Shown here: positions 38,871 through 52,587 of the stretch, in pieces
Position numbering within the stretch: the stretch's first letter is position 1
Layout of the letters: every line of letters starts with the position of its first letter
NCBI GenBank assembly: GCA_028534125.1
Contig: CM052816.1
Coordinates: 89,034,001 to 89,098,000 of the forward strand
Reading direction: 5' to 3'
Source of the DNA: Lama glama
Taxonomy: Eukaryota
Length of the DNA stretch: 64,000 nt
The notes under the pieces: model-generated
Database searches by the model: none
What the model saw: only the letters and a program-made list of their open reading frames with translations
What the model was told of the DNA's origin: nothing
Made by a program: the position numbers and the translations under genes

Positions 38871-39723
38871 CCATTCACCAAAACTCAAATTGAGTTCGTA
38901 CTTTTTTGCTACCAGATGAATCAATTTTCATCTTTGTAGGGATCCAGCTTAGCAAAGAGTCAAATGTATGGGTACATCTGAGCTCTAAAAGAGGCCAAGG
39001 ATTTAGGGATTTTTCTGTATATGATCTCTTTTAATCCTCAGAGCAACTGTATGTTTCACTGAGGAGACTGGTATTCAAGATGATTTCGCACAGCTTGTAT
39101 GAGATGAAACTGAGTTAGAGCCCATGTTTTTGGCCTGAAATCTGGTTTCCTCAGATGGAAAGACATGCTGTGGTTGTTTTGAGCACAATGCTTTTCCTTA
39201 GATTGCAAACGGGCACCTCAAAGATATTGATCTACTTTTCTGTATCAGCTTAAAGTACTCTGCCTTACACATTTCCTATCGGGCAAGTAACAAAAATACA
39301 AACGCTCCTCTCAGCAAATAAAAAGTCTTCTTCTTTATCATGACTGGATTCTTCTCTGTGCCTCCTCAAATATCCTCTTTCACCCCTGGGTCTCTGGAGG
39401 TCTCTGCCCAACAATGCTCTGATTTATCCTCTCGGAGAGGCTGCATTCTTTATGTTTTGTATTTTCACATAAAATAACAAATATAGATATTTATTTTTGT
39501 CTGAGTGTTGTTGATTATGTACACATTTCTGTTCCTCTAATAGTCATCACAATGTGAGATTAAAGGTGACCTTTGATTCATTTTCATTGTTGTCTTCTAA
39601 ACTCTCGCAGGGAAGGTGTAGTCCCATCTGCAGTTGGCACACCGAGCTGCATGGACCGGAGCTTAAATGGGAGCTCAAAACATGTCCGTGATGACTCACT
39701 CTTACGAAGTTCTTCCCATCATA

Positions 39724-40180
39724 TGTTAGTCTAGATCCCTAAGAAGCAGATGGCAAGATGGAATTAAACACACAAGAGATTTTAGGGGGGAAATGCCTAT
39801 GAGGGAAAGTGGAAAGCTGGGGATGGGCTGGGGAGAGTCACCCTCTGAGGAACAGGTGGAAACCCTGTGAAAGAGAGAGGGAAGGAAGATCCTAAAGAGT
39901 CACCCTCTGAGGAACAGGTGGAAACCCTGTGAAAGAGAGAGGGAAGGAAGATCCTAAACTCTCAGTTTCAGCAAAGTTTTCAAGAGCCAGAGTTTTCCTT
40001 AGAAGCAGGCATGCCTCTGTCCCCTTCCTGTTCTCCAGCATTGGCTGGACCATAGGAACTATGTCCTCGAGCATCAGTGTGGGGTGGATTTCAGAGTGCA
40101 GCAGCTGGGAGTACTGATCAATTAAACTCCTCCCAGTGGAGATCAGGGAGACACATTGTCCAGACTGATGCAGGACCCTT
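39724..40180 (-). mobile_element. LTR16-like (ERVL) solo LTR
   Basis: tgttagtctagatccctaagaagcagatggcaagatggaatta...gggggaaatgcctatgaggg resembles the LTR16 group. Confidence 0.6.
39834..39957. repeat. Perfect 62-bp tandem duplication
   Basis: 39834-39895 is identical to 39896-39957. Confidence 0.97.
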
Positions 40181-40684
40181 GAAGCATCTTTTTCCACTCT
40201 TAACTACATCATATGTTTTCCTTATATATGTATATTCTTTATATAATACATCCCATGTATGTTCTTTAATGTTACCTGTTTTGTGGCACTACAGTGAGCT
40301 TTTGGCCTCACATATTTTATAAAATAAAGTATTTGAATTTCTACAAATACATAAAATGAATATGAATACAAAATAGAATTTATATATTTGATTGTATAAG
40401 CAAAGATATGTTATTTACCTATAGTTAAATTTCAGTGGCTCCTCATTTTTCAATGTTAAAGAAGAATATAAAGTACTCTATGATGATTGGAGAGTAGTAT
40501 ATGTAGTAATTTCCACAATTAAATATTTTGTGGAATAGAAATAAATTTTGCAGACATATTGTAGAGAATAAATACCTTCTGTTCATGTAGGATTAGAGAA
40601 TTGTCTTGAGATTCTCACAAAGCATAAATTGGTTTTAAAATGGTCTAACATTTGCATTTGATATGTATTTATTTGGGAAGTCAC

Positions 40685-40975
40685 TTTTTTTAATTGAAGT
40701 ATAGTTGATTTACCATGTTGTGTTTGTTAGTTTCTGGTGTATAATAAAGTGATTCATATATATGTATATATGTACATATATATATACATTTTCATTTTCA
40801 GATTATTTTCCATTGCAGGCTTTTACAAAATACTGAATATGGTTCCCTGTGCTATACAGTAGGAACTTTTATTTATCTATTTTATATATAGTAGTGTGTA
40901 TCTGTTGATCCCAAACTCCTAATTTATCCCTCCGCACACCCTGTTTCCTCTTTGGCAACCATAAGTTTGTTTTCA
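40685..40975 (-). mobile_element. Cetartiodactyl-type L1 3' end
   Basis: tttttaattgaagtatagttgattta...gttccctgtgctatacagtagg...caaccataagtttgttttc. Confidence 0.88.
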
Positions 40976-42934
40976 CTATCTTGATATATACCTTATATAT
41001 TATGTTATTTGATATCCTCCATAGAATCACCTAAAACAGTGTTAACAATAGTAGGGAGTTAATTTAGAGAAACTCATTATAAATGGAGGTATTTAAATGA
41101 CAATTATTAAGCAGATAGCAATTCAATATTAAGCAGCCACACATAGGGAAACCATGGGTATCAAATAAACACATTTCTAGAATCCCAAAATTCTCTTGAT
41201 TTTAGGGATTAACAGTTTCTCTATATTTAAAAGAAGTAGATGAAGTGTCTGTTATCTTTTTTATTGAATACCTGATGATATTCAGAGCAATATGACATTT
41301 TGTAGATCATTACTGAAGAATCTCTATTATTCCGTGAACAGAATTCTCATATTCTTCATATTTTTCACAAAGAACCGCAGAGAAACAGCAAGACAAGCTA
41401 GGAAAAGTGATTTCTTAAACTTTCAAGGGCATACATCTAATGACTCCGTTTAAACCAGTCGAGTGCAGGCATTATATTTGCTAGTGACAAAGCCGCATAT
41501 TTATGGATATTATTTCCTGAGGCTATAAACCCAGGAATATGTGGAACAAAATTACTTTGAAAATTCTTATACAATATGGAGAAGGATGCAAAAAATGATT
41601 TTACCCTTTGCACTTGCGCTTTTTTTCTAATGAAGTCCCCATCTCTACATGCTTCATTGTGGGAGGGGTGAGGGGTAAACAATACTTTTTCTAAGCTTTC
41701 TGCTGACAGTGAAGTTACAGTAATAACCACGGACCCTATTTTCAGGTTAGATTTAGGATTCATTAAAAGTACAGTCTACACCATGATAGGACTGATCTTA
41801 ACGCAACATGTTTGAACCTTCAGTTTTGTTGTTTCATTTTGAATTTTTAAGCTAATTTCACATGCCTGAACAATCTGCCGCAGCTTACTAAATAGGGGAA
41901 AAGGAGAAACTCAGCCTTGCTTTTCAGCATGAACTTTTTCAGTGATTCTGTTTTCTGGTATGATCATCAGAATTTTCCTCCTGTAGCTGGAGACCTGCTG
42001 AGATGTGTATTTAAGTGCAGGAGTGCAATATTAGCCTTGTGTAGCAGGAAGAGAAAACTGTAGCTTTTCATGTTTTTGAAGTCTTTTCTTCTAGGACGCT
42101 GATTGCAAGCTAACAGGTAATAATTTCCATCTGGTTGTGTTTTGCACCTGCTCGACACCCCCATTCTCATCTTTCTCTTTGAGATGGAAAGTTTTTTATT
42201 TTCTTACAAGAGTGGTTAATATCTACTGTATGAATACAAATCGTAACAAACATGTGGGCTTACATAGTTTTCAACAAAAACAAGCTTTAATTAAAAAGCA
42301 GCTGAAGTCATGAGGCTCTACTTTTTTAGTTAGAAAACAAATATGAAAAATTCCTGTGAGTTAATTTTATTTTACTTAATCCTTCCTAAGGCATCAATGA
42401 CTTGGAAACTCTTGAGAAAGGTTTTGAAATAACTTACAAATTAAATCAAGTTGTAGTTAATTTTCTCGCAAGCAAATGCTTTTTGGAAGAAACACCTGGG
42501 AGATTGATACAAAATCTCACAAATAAACGTTATTCTCTTCTTGCACGTACAGTGTGCTTTGCACAGGTAAAACATTAAAATGTCCCAACTGACCTTACAT
42601 TTTAGACTAAATTAGGGGTGGAGATGGTGGGAGAGTATTTCTGGATTCCCATTCATGAATGCACAGTGTTCCTGTTCAGACCAAGCTTGCGATGATAAGC
42701 CAACTACTTACTTGTTTGACGGACGGTGACATTCAAGTGTAATTCAATATATTTGTCAAATTTTATATGAAAATCCAAAATTGCCATGTGAATGGCAATT
42801 TCAGGAGAACAGTCAATATAGAGAATAAGTGATGATCGTTGAATACTGAATGGTGAAATCCAAGAAAAAACAGTATCACAGAGGTAGATGAAATACACTC
42901 TTTTCAATCAAAATGTCTCTTTGCTTATAATTGG

Positions 42935-43434
42935 NNNNNNNNNNNNNNNNNNNNNNNNNNNNNNNNNNNNNNNNNNNNNNNNNNNNNNNNNNNNNNNNNN
43001 NNNNNNNNNNNNNNNNNNNNNNNNNNNNNNNNNNNNNNNNNNNNNNNNNNNNNNNNNNNNNNNNNNNNNNNNNNNNNNNNNNNNNNNNNNNNNNNNNNNN
43101 NNNNNNNNNNNNNNNNNNNNNNNNNNNNNNNNNNNNNNNNNNNNNNNNNNNNNNNNNNNNNNNNNNNNNNNNNNNNNNNNNNNNNNNNNNNNNNNNNNNN
43201 NNNNNNNNNNNNNNNNNNNNNNNNNNNNNNNNNNNNNNNNNNNNNNNNNNNNNNNNNNNNNNNNNNNNNNNNNNNNNNNNNNNNNNNNNNNNNNNNNNNN
43301 NNNNNNNNNNNNNNNNNNNNNNNNNNNNNNNNNNNNNNNNNNNNNNNNNNNNNNNNNNNNNNNNNNNNNNNNNNNNNNNNNNNNNNNNNNNNNNNNNNNN
43401 NNNNNNNNNNNNNNNNNNNNNNNNNNNNNNNNNN
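42935..43434. other. Assembly gap (500 N)
   Basis: Run of N. Confidence 1.
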
Positions 43435-43632
43435 CTTCTTTATCCAGTCACCTGTTGATGGACATTTAGGTTGTTTCCATGTTTTGGCTATTGTAAATAG
43501 TGCTGCTATGAACATTGGGGTGCAGGTGTCATCCTGAAGTAGATTTCCTTCTGGGTACAAGCCCAGGAGTGGGATTCCTGGGTCATATGGTAAGTCTATT
43601 CCTAGTCTTTTGAGGAATCTCCACACTGTTTT
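43435..43632 (-). mobile_element. Young L1 ORF2 C-terminal fragment abutting the gap
   Basis: An uninterrupted frame WRFLKRLGIDLPYDPGIPLLGLYP...CTPMFIAALFTIAKTWKQPKCPS. Confidence 0.92.
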
Positions 43633-46600
43633 CTTTTTTATGTGAGATAATCAGAAATAACATAGGGCCTGCCCAAGAAGACCTGAATGTGTTTCATTAG
43701 TAGAATGACACTTATGCTGTAGCAATGAAAGAAATATAATAAAAATCACTAGCTACTTATCACATGTATGCTTCCATGGTCAATAACTGTATTTTTTCAT
43801 ATTATATGAGGTTCTTTCCCTGATTTATCAACAGCATCTAGCTCAGTGTCTGGCATAGTAGTAGTTGTGAAATAAATGTTTAGTTAAAGAATGAATATGT
43901 GCTTAAAGCTCATGCTTTGGTTTACTGTAAATTAACCTAGTTTTCTATTAACATATTTTGCCTTAAAAAAGTTAATATACGCTCTTCTGCATCTTACAGT
44001 TTCTGTCCATTTTCTCTCTGATTTCATCTGTTCAATGATTCTTTCAATAGACAGATGATCAGTAGATAGATGATGGATAGAAAGAGTGATAGACATATAG
44101 AAAAATAGAGAGAGAGAGAGAGATGGAGTATTTTTCTGAAGCTTTGGAAAAGACCAAACTTAAGTAAGACAGGTAAGACTCATAAACAGATATTTAAACT
44201 GTGGTTAGAGTTCAAATTGAGTAAATTGATGATAGGGCTATTAATTCAGTTGTTGAGTGGAAGGACACTGCGTAGGGATATCTATCACAGATGTGTTTCA
44301 GGTATGCTTAAGAAATGCCCTCATGTATATAAAGGAGATATCTCAGTGTTGAAGGAACCAGTTGAACTGCAAAACCTTGTCTCAAATTTTGTTTCAAAGC
44401 AGTGTAGAGACAAAAGTGAAGTGATTTCAGCAAAGGGAAGTTTTTACTAATAATTAAATTGATCCAAAAGTATAAGCCAGTGCTCTCGATTTTCATGGAC
44501 TCTGCCAGAGTATTTACAGGATCAGAAATGGGAGGCCACATGCAGTGACGCTTCAGAACGGAGGTGGATGTCTGATCATTTCCAATCTCAAATTGAGACA
44601 TTGTGATCCCAGTATGTAGAGCATAGGTGTGAGAAATAGTCTCATACAATATTTGAGAGCTCTCTACTGATCATTTATTGATTGATTTGTTCATTGGATA
44701 ATTATAAATTAATGTTTAGTATGTAAAAGGGAAAAATGATTATTACAACACAAATAATTGTCAGACAGTGCACTCTGGAACCCGGTGTGTGTACTCAGCT
44801 CAGGGTGGCACAATATAGAGAGGCTAAGTAGTTCCACCTGGGATGGTATGATTCTATTTGCTTGCAGTATTGAAGGATTGAAGGACTTAGCAGTCTGAGC
44901 CACTAGTCACATGGGAAGACAAGAAAGTGCATTTTTCCCTTGAGAAACAAAAGTTTAAAGATAGAAACTTTTTTTTTAGCTTCATATTTTTATGTATATT
45001 TTTAAACTATACTTTAATCAATATGACGGTACTACTTGTACATTTTAGAAGGCAATTCTAGGGAAGTACACAGAAGCCTTGAATAACATACTAAATTGTT
45101 TGGATGTTATCTTAAAGTTGACATGGAGTTAGTTTAGATTTCCAAATGTTTTTAAAATTTTATTATTAAAACAGGTATATTTAGTAAATATTTCACAGAA
45201 GCTACATTAAATAGTGAAATGGTAGTGTTTAAAAATCTACTTCTCTTTATATTTATACAAAATGCAAGTAAAGCTATTTCAAGAATAGTTAATAGACACC
45301 TCTAAGTATTTGACATGAACCCTTCTGTTCATATTATTTAAATTGTCTCTTAAACACGATTGGAGTACCATCACATAATTGCTTTTGTCTCTCAACATTA
45401 ATTTTTCCAAAAAATATTTTATAATAAAATAATCTTACAGAACTTTCCTATGACTTCATTTCTAATGTAGTGTTATACTTTTTCAGCTTGCTGACATACC
45501 ACCCTATACTGATGACATTCATTTTTTCTAATTCTTCTTAATAAGATGATCCTTTCTGGGAATTATTTGCATAAAATAATGAAGTAGGATTACAGAGGAA
45601 TTAGCAGCAGTTCTATTAACATACACTCTCAACACACACACACATTTCCTGTGGCCTCAAACTTGACATCAGAGGAGAAACATTTATTTTCCTTCACTTC
45701 AAATAGTAAATTAAAAACCAAAAGTGCAATGGAAAAACTGGTGATCATTCTAGTTATTCCTTAAAGAAATCTAAATACCTGTGGCTTAAATATTGTTATC
45801 TACTAAACCAAAAATGCTTCAATGTGTTTCATGAAATGCCATAAAAGTTTTGTTGGATAAGTATTCTAGATAATAATCACCAGTTAATCAAAAGAAACTA
45901 GACATATTTAAAAATTCTTAATAGCATCAGAGCTTGTAATTTTCTTCACTGCATTTCTAAAATCTCTCCCATTTTAATTTGCATTTGCTTCTTCTAAGTC
46001 AACATGTTTTGATCTTGTGGTAAATGTTGTTTATAACCTGAAGGTGATTATAAAACTACATCCTACTTATTACTTAATAGATCTTCAATTTAGAATCAGT
46101 GCACTCAATTTATCTCCACTAGATCTAAACAAATACTGTATTATAAAGGTCAAATTTGACTGGCACAAGTAAACAAGTAATCTTAATAAAATCGCATTAA
46201 GAAGAAGCATATTTTCCACCTCCAGCTTTTGAGTGAAGTTGCTTTTTAGAAGTAATTGAGGGGAAATTAGTCACATTTCATTTTTCTTGGTATGTCTTGT
46301 TTATCACTGCAAATAATTTAAAATGAGGTCAAATCAAAAAAAAAAAAGAGGTCAAATCAGAGAATGATGTTTTGTGCTTTAATTGGTAAGCCTATTTGGA
46401 AGAACTATGAACTGATGACTCCAGAGGTAAACATGAGTATAGAAGACTTGTTAGTTATGCTTCAGTATTATGCCTATAAATTTAAGTGTAAGATATGTAA
46501 GAAAGTTGAAAAGAAATCAAATCAGATACCCTTCTACTGTACTGTACTAAGAAACCAGTCATTAAGGGGAAAAAAAAGCTTTTCTCCAAGTGACATGATT

Positions 46601-47029
46601 TTAGCAAAATCTAGGTATGTTTAAAAGGTTTTATTTTTCAGGTCCAATTTAATGGTGTTTAAAACATATTTCTTTTTCTTATTCTATTTTTATAAACAGT
46701 TCCACAGCTACCTTTCCTTCTGGAAAAGTTGCTGATTTCCCTGCCAAAATGGTTTTTCAGATCTGTAGCTGAACAACTCATTTTCTCCATTAAATTCCCG
46801 TTTCCAATTGTGGGCTTGAGTGAAATGCAGGCAGCATTTTGTCTTCTCCCATTTGTCAAGTCAAAATGAATGTATCATTTCTTTTTTGTCACTTTTCAGC
46901 TGAGTTTCCAGCAACCATTAATTTCATGGAATATTAGAAAATAAGTAATTTAGAAAGATAAAATTAAAATGGGTTAGTTATCCTGTTATTAGCAAAATGT
47001 AAAGTGTTTTCCCATCTATTGAGCTATAA

Positions 47030-47925
47030 AAACTGAATCTCCTTCTTCTAACTTGACCTCCCCTAAGCTGTTGCACTCAGAACAATCCTTCTAAGGGTTA
47101 ACCCAATTCAGTTCACTCTTCTCTTTAAAACCCTGAAGGTCACTAAGTGTGAAAGCCCTGAGCCTGGCATACCAGGTCAGTGTGATCCGCTGCCTCAATT
47201 TCCTCTCCTTGCATCAGTCTCCCCTTTTTTTCCTTTATACCCCACCTACCCTGAATTCCTCCATGTTCTCATAACCTGCCAACCTCTTGTTGCTACTTCT
47301 GTGTGCTTTGACCATACTCTACAGGCCTGTGTTGACCAGAAATAAACAGGCCACCAGATATTTCTCCAGCAAAGATGGAGTTATCCAGAATCAGTAAGAA
47401 ATTGGAATTCAGGGTCTCCCACCATGGTGAGCCACACGCCAGGGAAGGGGGCCACTTTTACAGAGAGGACAAGGCAGTTGGGAGGTCCACGGTCAACAAA
47501 GAGTCATGGTTCTTCACCAGCTGAGTTCTTGCCAGGAAAGAAGAGGAGTCTTCCTTCTTCCTGTGGGGCTCTGCTATGGTAGCAAAGTAGGGGAGTTCCC
47601 CTTCTGGTATCCCAACTCTATTTAATTGAGGTTTCTCTTAATTAGTTTTTCACATCTGCAAGGCTCCCTGCCTCATTCCTTTTAGTTCCCTGAATTCCAC
47701 CACTAACTCCATTGTCACGCTTTACCAAGTGCCTTACTCCTTTATACCCATATCCTCCTGCAACTTACAAGATACTCGTTTCTGCATTTGTTTATTGTTT
47801 AGAATTTCTCTAATTGGAAAGAAAATTCCATAAGTGTAGAACTTGGTCTGGTTTGTTCTCTGTCATATCAGAGCACCGAAAGCAGTGGCTGGTGCTGAAT
47901 AATCATCTTCATTCTTAATGTTGAA
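47030..47925 (+). mobile_element. L2 3' region split by an LTR
   Basis: Pyrimidine-rich L2-like body on both sides of 47330-47654, with an L2 3'-end-like motif at about 47820-47925. Confidence 0.6.
47330..47654 (-). mobile_element. Short ERV1-type solo LTR
   Basis: TG...CA termini and a near-perfect 4-bp TSD, cctg (47326-47329) / tctg (47655-47658). Confidence 0.75.
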
Positions 47926-49640
47926 TTTAAATGATCCCAGAATATATTTTCATTAGAAAGACCCTCTTTAGCAGAAGATTCCTCTGAGTTTATCTTTGTC
48001 CAAACCTCTAACTGCACAAGGATTTTGCAATGATCTTCTTGTGGTTTCTCTTTGTTCTTCGAATTATATTTTGATAGCAGGTTGGGGTGACAGCAGCGGA
48101 GGAAGGGTTGTTTAATACCACCCTAGGACTATTATACTGTTGGGCTGGAGGTGAAAATTGGGGTGATATTCTTTATTTCTAAAAATACTCAAGGTTATTT
48201 TTTAGAAACAGATTACTTGTCAGAATGGCTGCTACAACTTCTACTCTTCTTGATTCAAATAATGGATTAGTTGACCGTCTTGAATATAGCTGGAGCCAAG
48301 GTCTCCCCACTTAGAGGATGTACAACACATGGATGCTTCTAAAACAATGTAAAACATCAACAAAATCAAGCAGGAACAAACCAAAATGAGACAATGCAAT
48401 TCCAAGCAGACATTAATAATAATTTAGCTCTTAACTAAAGACCTTTCTAGGGGAAAACATCAAGATTATATCATACATATATAACATATGAGAAGAATTT
48501 TGGAAAACTCTCTTTAAAAAGTTTCTTTCTTACCTAAATTTCTTCTCATTAAGCTCGTTCTACATTGACCGTCTCCCTGTTTCCTGCATCTCCTGTCTGT
48601 ATATGTTCTCAGCTTCTCTCTGGACCGGCTGCTCCAACTTCTACTCCCGTCTTAAATATTTCCCTCAGAAATTAATATTGTGATTATTGATGTGTTTTAC
48701 ATAAGTTCTTATTTCTCTTACTGTTTTGACAGGAAAGCTTCATGAAAGCTTTTGCACTGACCTTATTATTTTCTAGCTAACCCACGAGGTTGCAATTGCT
48801 AATGACATTTTTTGAAATGCCTTTTATTGAAATACTTTGATCAGAGCTACAAGAGCTACATTTCTTAAAGCCATTCTCATTACTTTATTGTCATGCCTTG
48901 TGTATCACAGCTAAATTCTGAAATCAGACACTTGGCATCAGAATGCAATCATTCTGCCAGGAGAAGTGTGAAATGGTTTGTTGTTTTTGTTTTGGGGTGG
49001 GGAGAGAAATGTTGCATGTTTTGAATACAAAGTGCTTTAAATAAAGTTGCAAAGAGAAAACACTTTTTTTTTTTCACAGATAGAAAACAAAAGAGAAAAA
49101 CTAAGGACTAATATGTTGGCTGAAAATAAGAGGGTACAAGATTGGGGAGAGTGCATATAATTCTTTCAATGACTGGGAATTCAGGATCATTCTGAAATAA
49201 AATCTTTTAAAATATTACTATTTACCAAAATGAAGAATTTGTTAAAATATCATTAGCATATTAGAAACATTTGTATTCACCTTTGCTGTAAGAACAAAAA
49301 AAGCGAGTTCTCCAAGAACAAGAAACAAGTCTCCAATGACTATATTATGTCTTATTTTAAGGCAACACAGCCTGCTTTGCATAAGAATTTTGATTTAAAA
49401 AATCAATAAAGAGAATTTAATCACAATGGACTCTCAGTCCTGCAGCAAATCTTCAAATTGTGCTAAAAATAATATTTGCAGTACCTGAACCACAGTTCAG
49501 TTTGAAAATTTCCCACAAGTATAATTTTATATCATCAAAATTTCAGCCAACAACAAAGGACATAGGCATATATGTGTGTGTTGGGAGAGAGAGAATATAA
49601 ATAATTTGCATGATGAAGAATTTTTTTTTTAATATTAACT

Positions 49641-50192
49641 TTTAAGAGAGTAAAATTTGCCACCCCAAGCTGTCTCTTTGGCATACAGAGTATTTTGAGC
49701 TGGAAGTAATCGAGGCTCAAAAGACTCAGAAAGACACTTTGATCTTCCCCCTAACTGCCTGGAAAGATTTAGGCAGGGAGCCTGTTCCTGGACTAGAGCT
49801 AGCAAAAGAGATACCTGCAAAGATTCTGGGGCATGTGTGATGGAGAGAACTTGGCAGAGCCTAGAGATGAGTCGACTGTGTGTCCCATTGTCCCTGCATG
49901 CAGCAAACATTTGTTTCACAAACATCTGTTTATCCATCTCCATGTCATTTCTCTCTCTCCCCTTTGAAGTTCTAGACCACTATCCCTTGACATCCTCTTT
50001 TGTTTTTTAGCTGAAGAGTGTATTTAAGGTGAGAGCACTGGCTGTCTTGGTGAATTACTTAGTCCTCCTGAGTATAAATGTTGTTAAACTTCTGTTTGAT
50101 TTTTCTCCTGTTCATCTCTCTCATGTCAATTTAGTTCTTAGACCATGCAGAAGAACCTAGAAGGGTAGAGGAAAATTTCTTCCTCCCAGACA
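49641..50192 (+). mobile_element. MER34-like solo LTR
   Basis: aaaatttgccaccccaag...tttggcatacagagtattttgagctgga start, ending ttcttcctcccagaCA. Confidence 0.85.
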
Positions 50193-50651
50193 ACTATTAC
50201 AATATAATTAAATTATACTTACATATTTACTAACTTACTATAATCATAGCTAGTCAGTAAAGCAGTATTACTTCTTCATACATTTGGCTAATTATATGAG
50301 TGTTGACAATACACTACCATGTCAATGAATAGCAACATGCCCTAAGAGAAAATATATTTAGGTCAAAATTATAGCAAATATAACAAGTGGTAAAGGTTAT
50401 ACATCAGTTAAAGTTTCAAGTATAAATTTTCTGTAAACTATTTCCTTCACTAAGGTGATTTCTGTGACACTAAGTTCTATTTGAATTTTTTACCTTGTCA
50501 GAGCAAGAACTCAGTTGTTAGTTAATAACTATCCATGTAACCCTAACTAATTACCTTTTCCTTTAAAGTAAGAAATAACTACGATTCTCTACTAACTATA
50601 ATCTCTGTTGCTCTGATAATAGAGAGAAACTGATCTTGAATCTTCTAATTA

Positions 50652-50892
50652 TAGTTGACCCTTGAACAACACAGATTTGAACTATGTGTGTCCACTTATA
50701 CACAGATTTTTTTCAATGGTAAATACTGCAGTACAACATGACCCACAGTTGGTTGAATCCACGAATGTGGAACCATGGATCATGGATAAGGAGGACTTAC
50801 GGATACCGAGGGCCAACTATAAGTTGTACACAGATTTTCGACTGCAGGGAGGGTTGTGGCCCCTAATCCCCACGTTATTCAAAGGTTAACTG
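50652..50892 (+). mobile_element. Tigger2-family MITE
   Basis: TA|tagttgacccttgaacaacac...gttattcaaaggttaactg|TA. Confidence 0.88.
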
Positions 50893-52587
50893 TATTTATA
50901 ATGGCTGCATTTTTTTAGCAAGGGGCACTAGTGAATTCAGGCCAGATATTACATTGCTATTTCCATATACCTGGTAATTATCTGATTGTTTTGCCATATG
51001 TAAATGTACAGCTTCTAGAAAAGTGGCTGACATACAGCAAATGCTTTATTAGTTAGTTAGCTGCAGAGAGATGAATCTCCATATCTCCATGGTTTAATCT
51101 ATTTGAAATATATTCCTTTCTCACCTTGGAGGGTGATGTACATAAGCCTATCTTCTAGGACAGCTTTCCTTCAAGGGGTGACTCAGGCAAATAGGCGTAT
51201 TCCATTGAGCAGCTTCCCCATCTTGGACTTCTTTGCCATCAACATCTGGATAGATACAGAATGTGCAGAATGATTCTAAGGGTCAGGATTAGAAGAATTT
51301 TGTATCACTTCTGTCCATATTGATTTGGTCATAATAGTGACATAGGCCCACCCAAACTGCGAAAGTGGCTTGCAGATTGCAATTTCCCTATGCTCTTAAA
51401 GAAGAGAAACTGCTGGTGAACATCTCTAATTCCGTCCAAATAAAAGAAAAAAAAATGTTGTTGGATGAATCTCCTCTACTGAGCCTGCTTCCAAACAAAA
51501 TGTCTATACATTAGCTAGGAGTTCTTCTGAACTTTTGATTCAAGGCAGAAAGCACAAGCGTTCCTTGAATCAAGGAAGAGAAAAAAAAAATCTTATGTAC
51601 AAAAGTAAGAAATTAGCTCTACTTTGCTGGTTTCTTTTCTCAAGAAAGGAAGATGGTATATATGGTTTAATACAATAGAGGGAATTAGAGAAGAAAACTG
51701 TCACTATTGTTTCAACCACAATTAATGTAAATATTGTTATCGCTTGAAACCATTTTGCTAGTATTTAAGCACTTGAAAATAATGACCAAAAGAGATAAAA
51801 AAAAAATTAATGACATAACCCAATTGTTAGCTGCTAATTAATAAAAATAGGAATCTTTTATTCTTAATTTGAGACATCAAAGTACTGGAAAAAAATTAAA
51901 AGGCAAATCTGCATGCAATTTAGGCTTTTATTCTAAGGAAGATAACTTTTGTAAACATCTTTCTGCTTTGCTGTGAATAAATAGATTTCATAAGGAAAAA
52001 TACAAATGCATTTTCAATGTTGCAGATTCTCGATTATTTTTCATTATTCCACCACTTTCTTGCATGTGAAATTAATATAAATATTAGCTAAAGATGTTGG
52101 TCTCATATTTCACATTCATAAAACACATTTCTAAAGGTCATTGAAGTAATCCTTGAAAAAACATTTAGTATTTTCAAGTGTAACTAAAATGGTATAATTA
52201 CTAAAATGTAGGGCAAATGGTTAAAAGCACACGTGGCTATCATTTGGTAGATTTTGTTAAGTGGAAACTCTAGCACATATGTCTATAGTTAATCCAAGGT
52301 TAACAAGAACAAAAATAAGCAAGCATTAATTTTGTACATCATATAATTTGGTAGATAAGTATTCAAATATGGGTTCCATGTAGGAGAAATTCTCATATTT
52401 CTAAGCTTCGGTGCTGGAAAATACATTATTTGTTTCCCCAAAGATATGTCCATGGCAACCTCACAAGGAGAAAGTCTAAAGATTGGGAGGTAACATATAT
52501 GCTTGTGGTGATCTCTCCCCCCCCCCCCTCTCTCACTTAATGATGATTCCAACCTAATTATCTACATTATATAATAATACTAAAAGA

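Noticed and set aside
42888..43626. Long ORFs of 175-233 aa
   Set aside because: They are N-gap artefacts; the only real part is an L1 ORF2 fragment.
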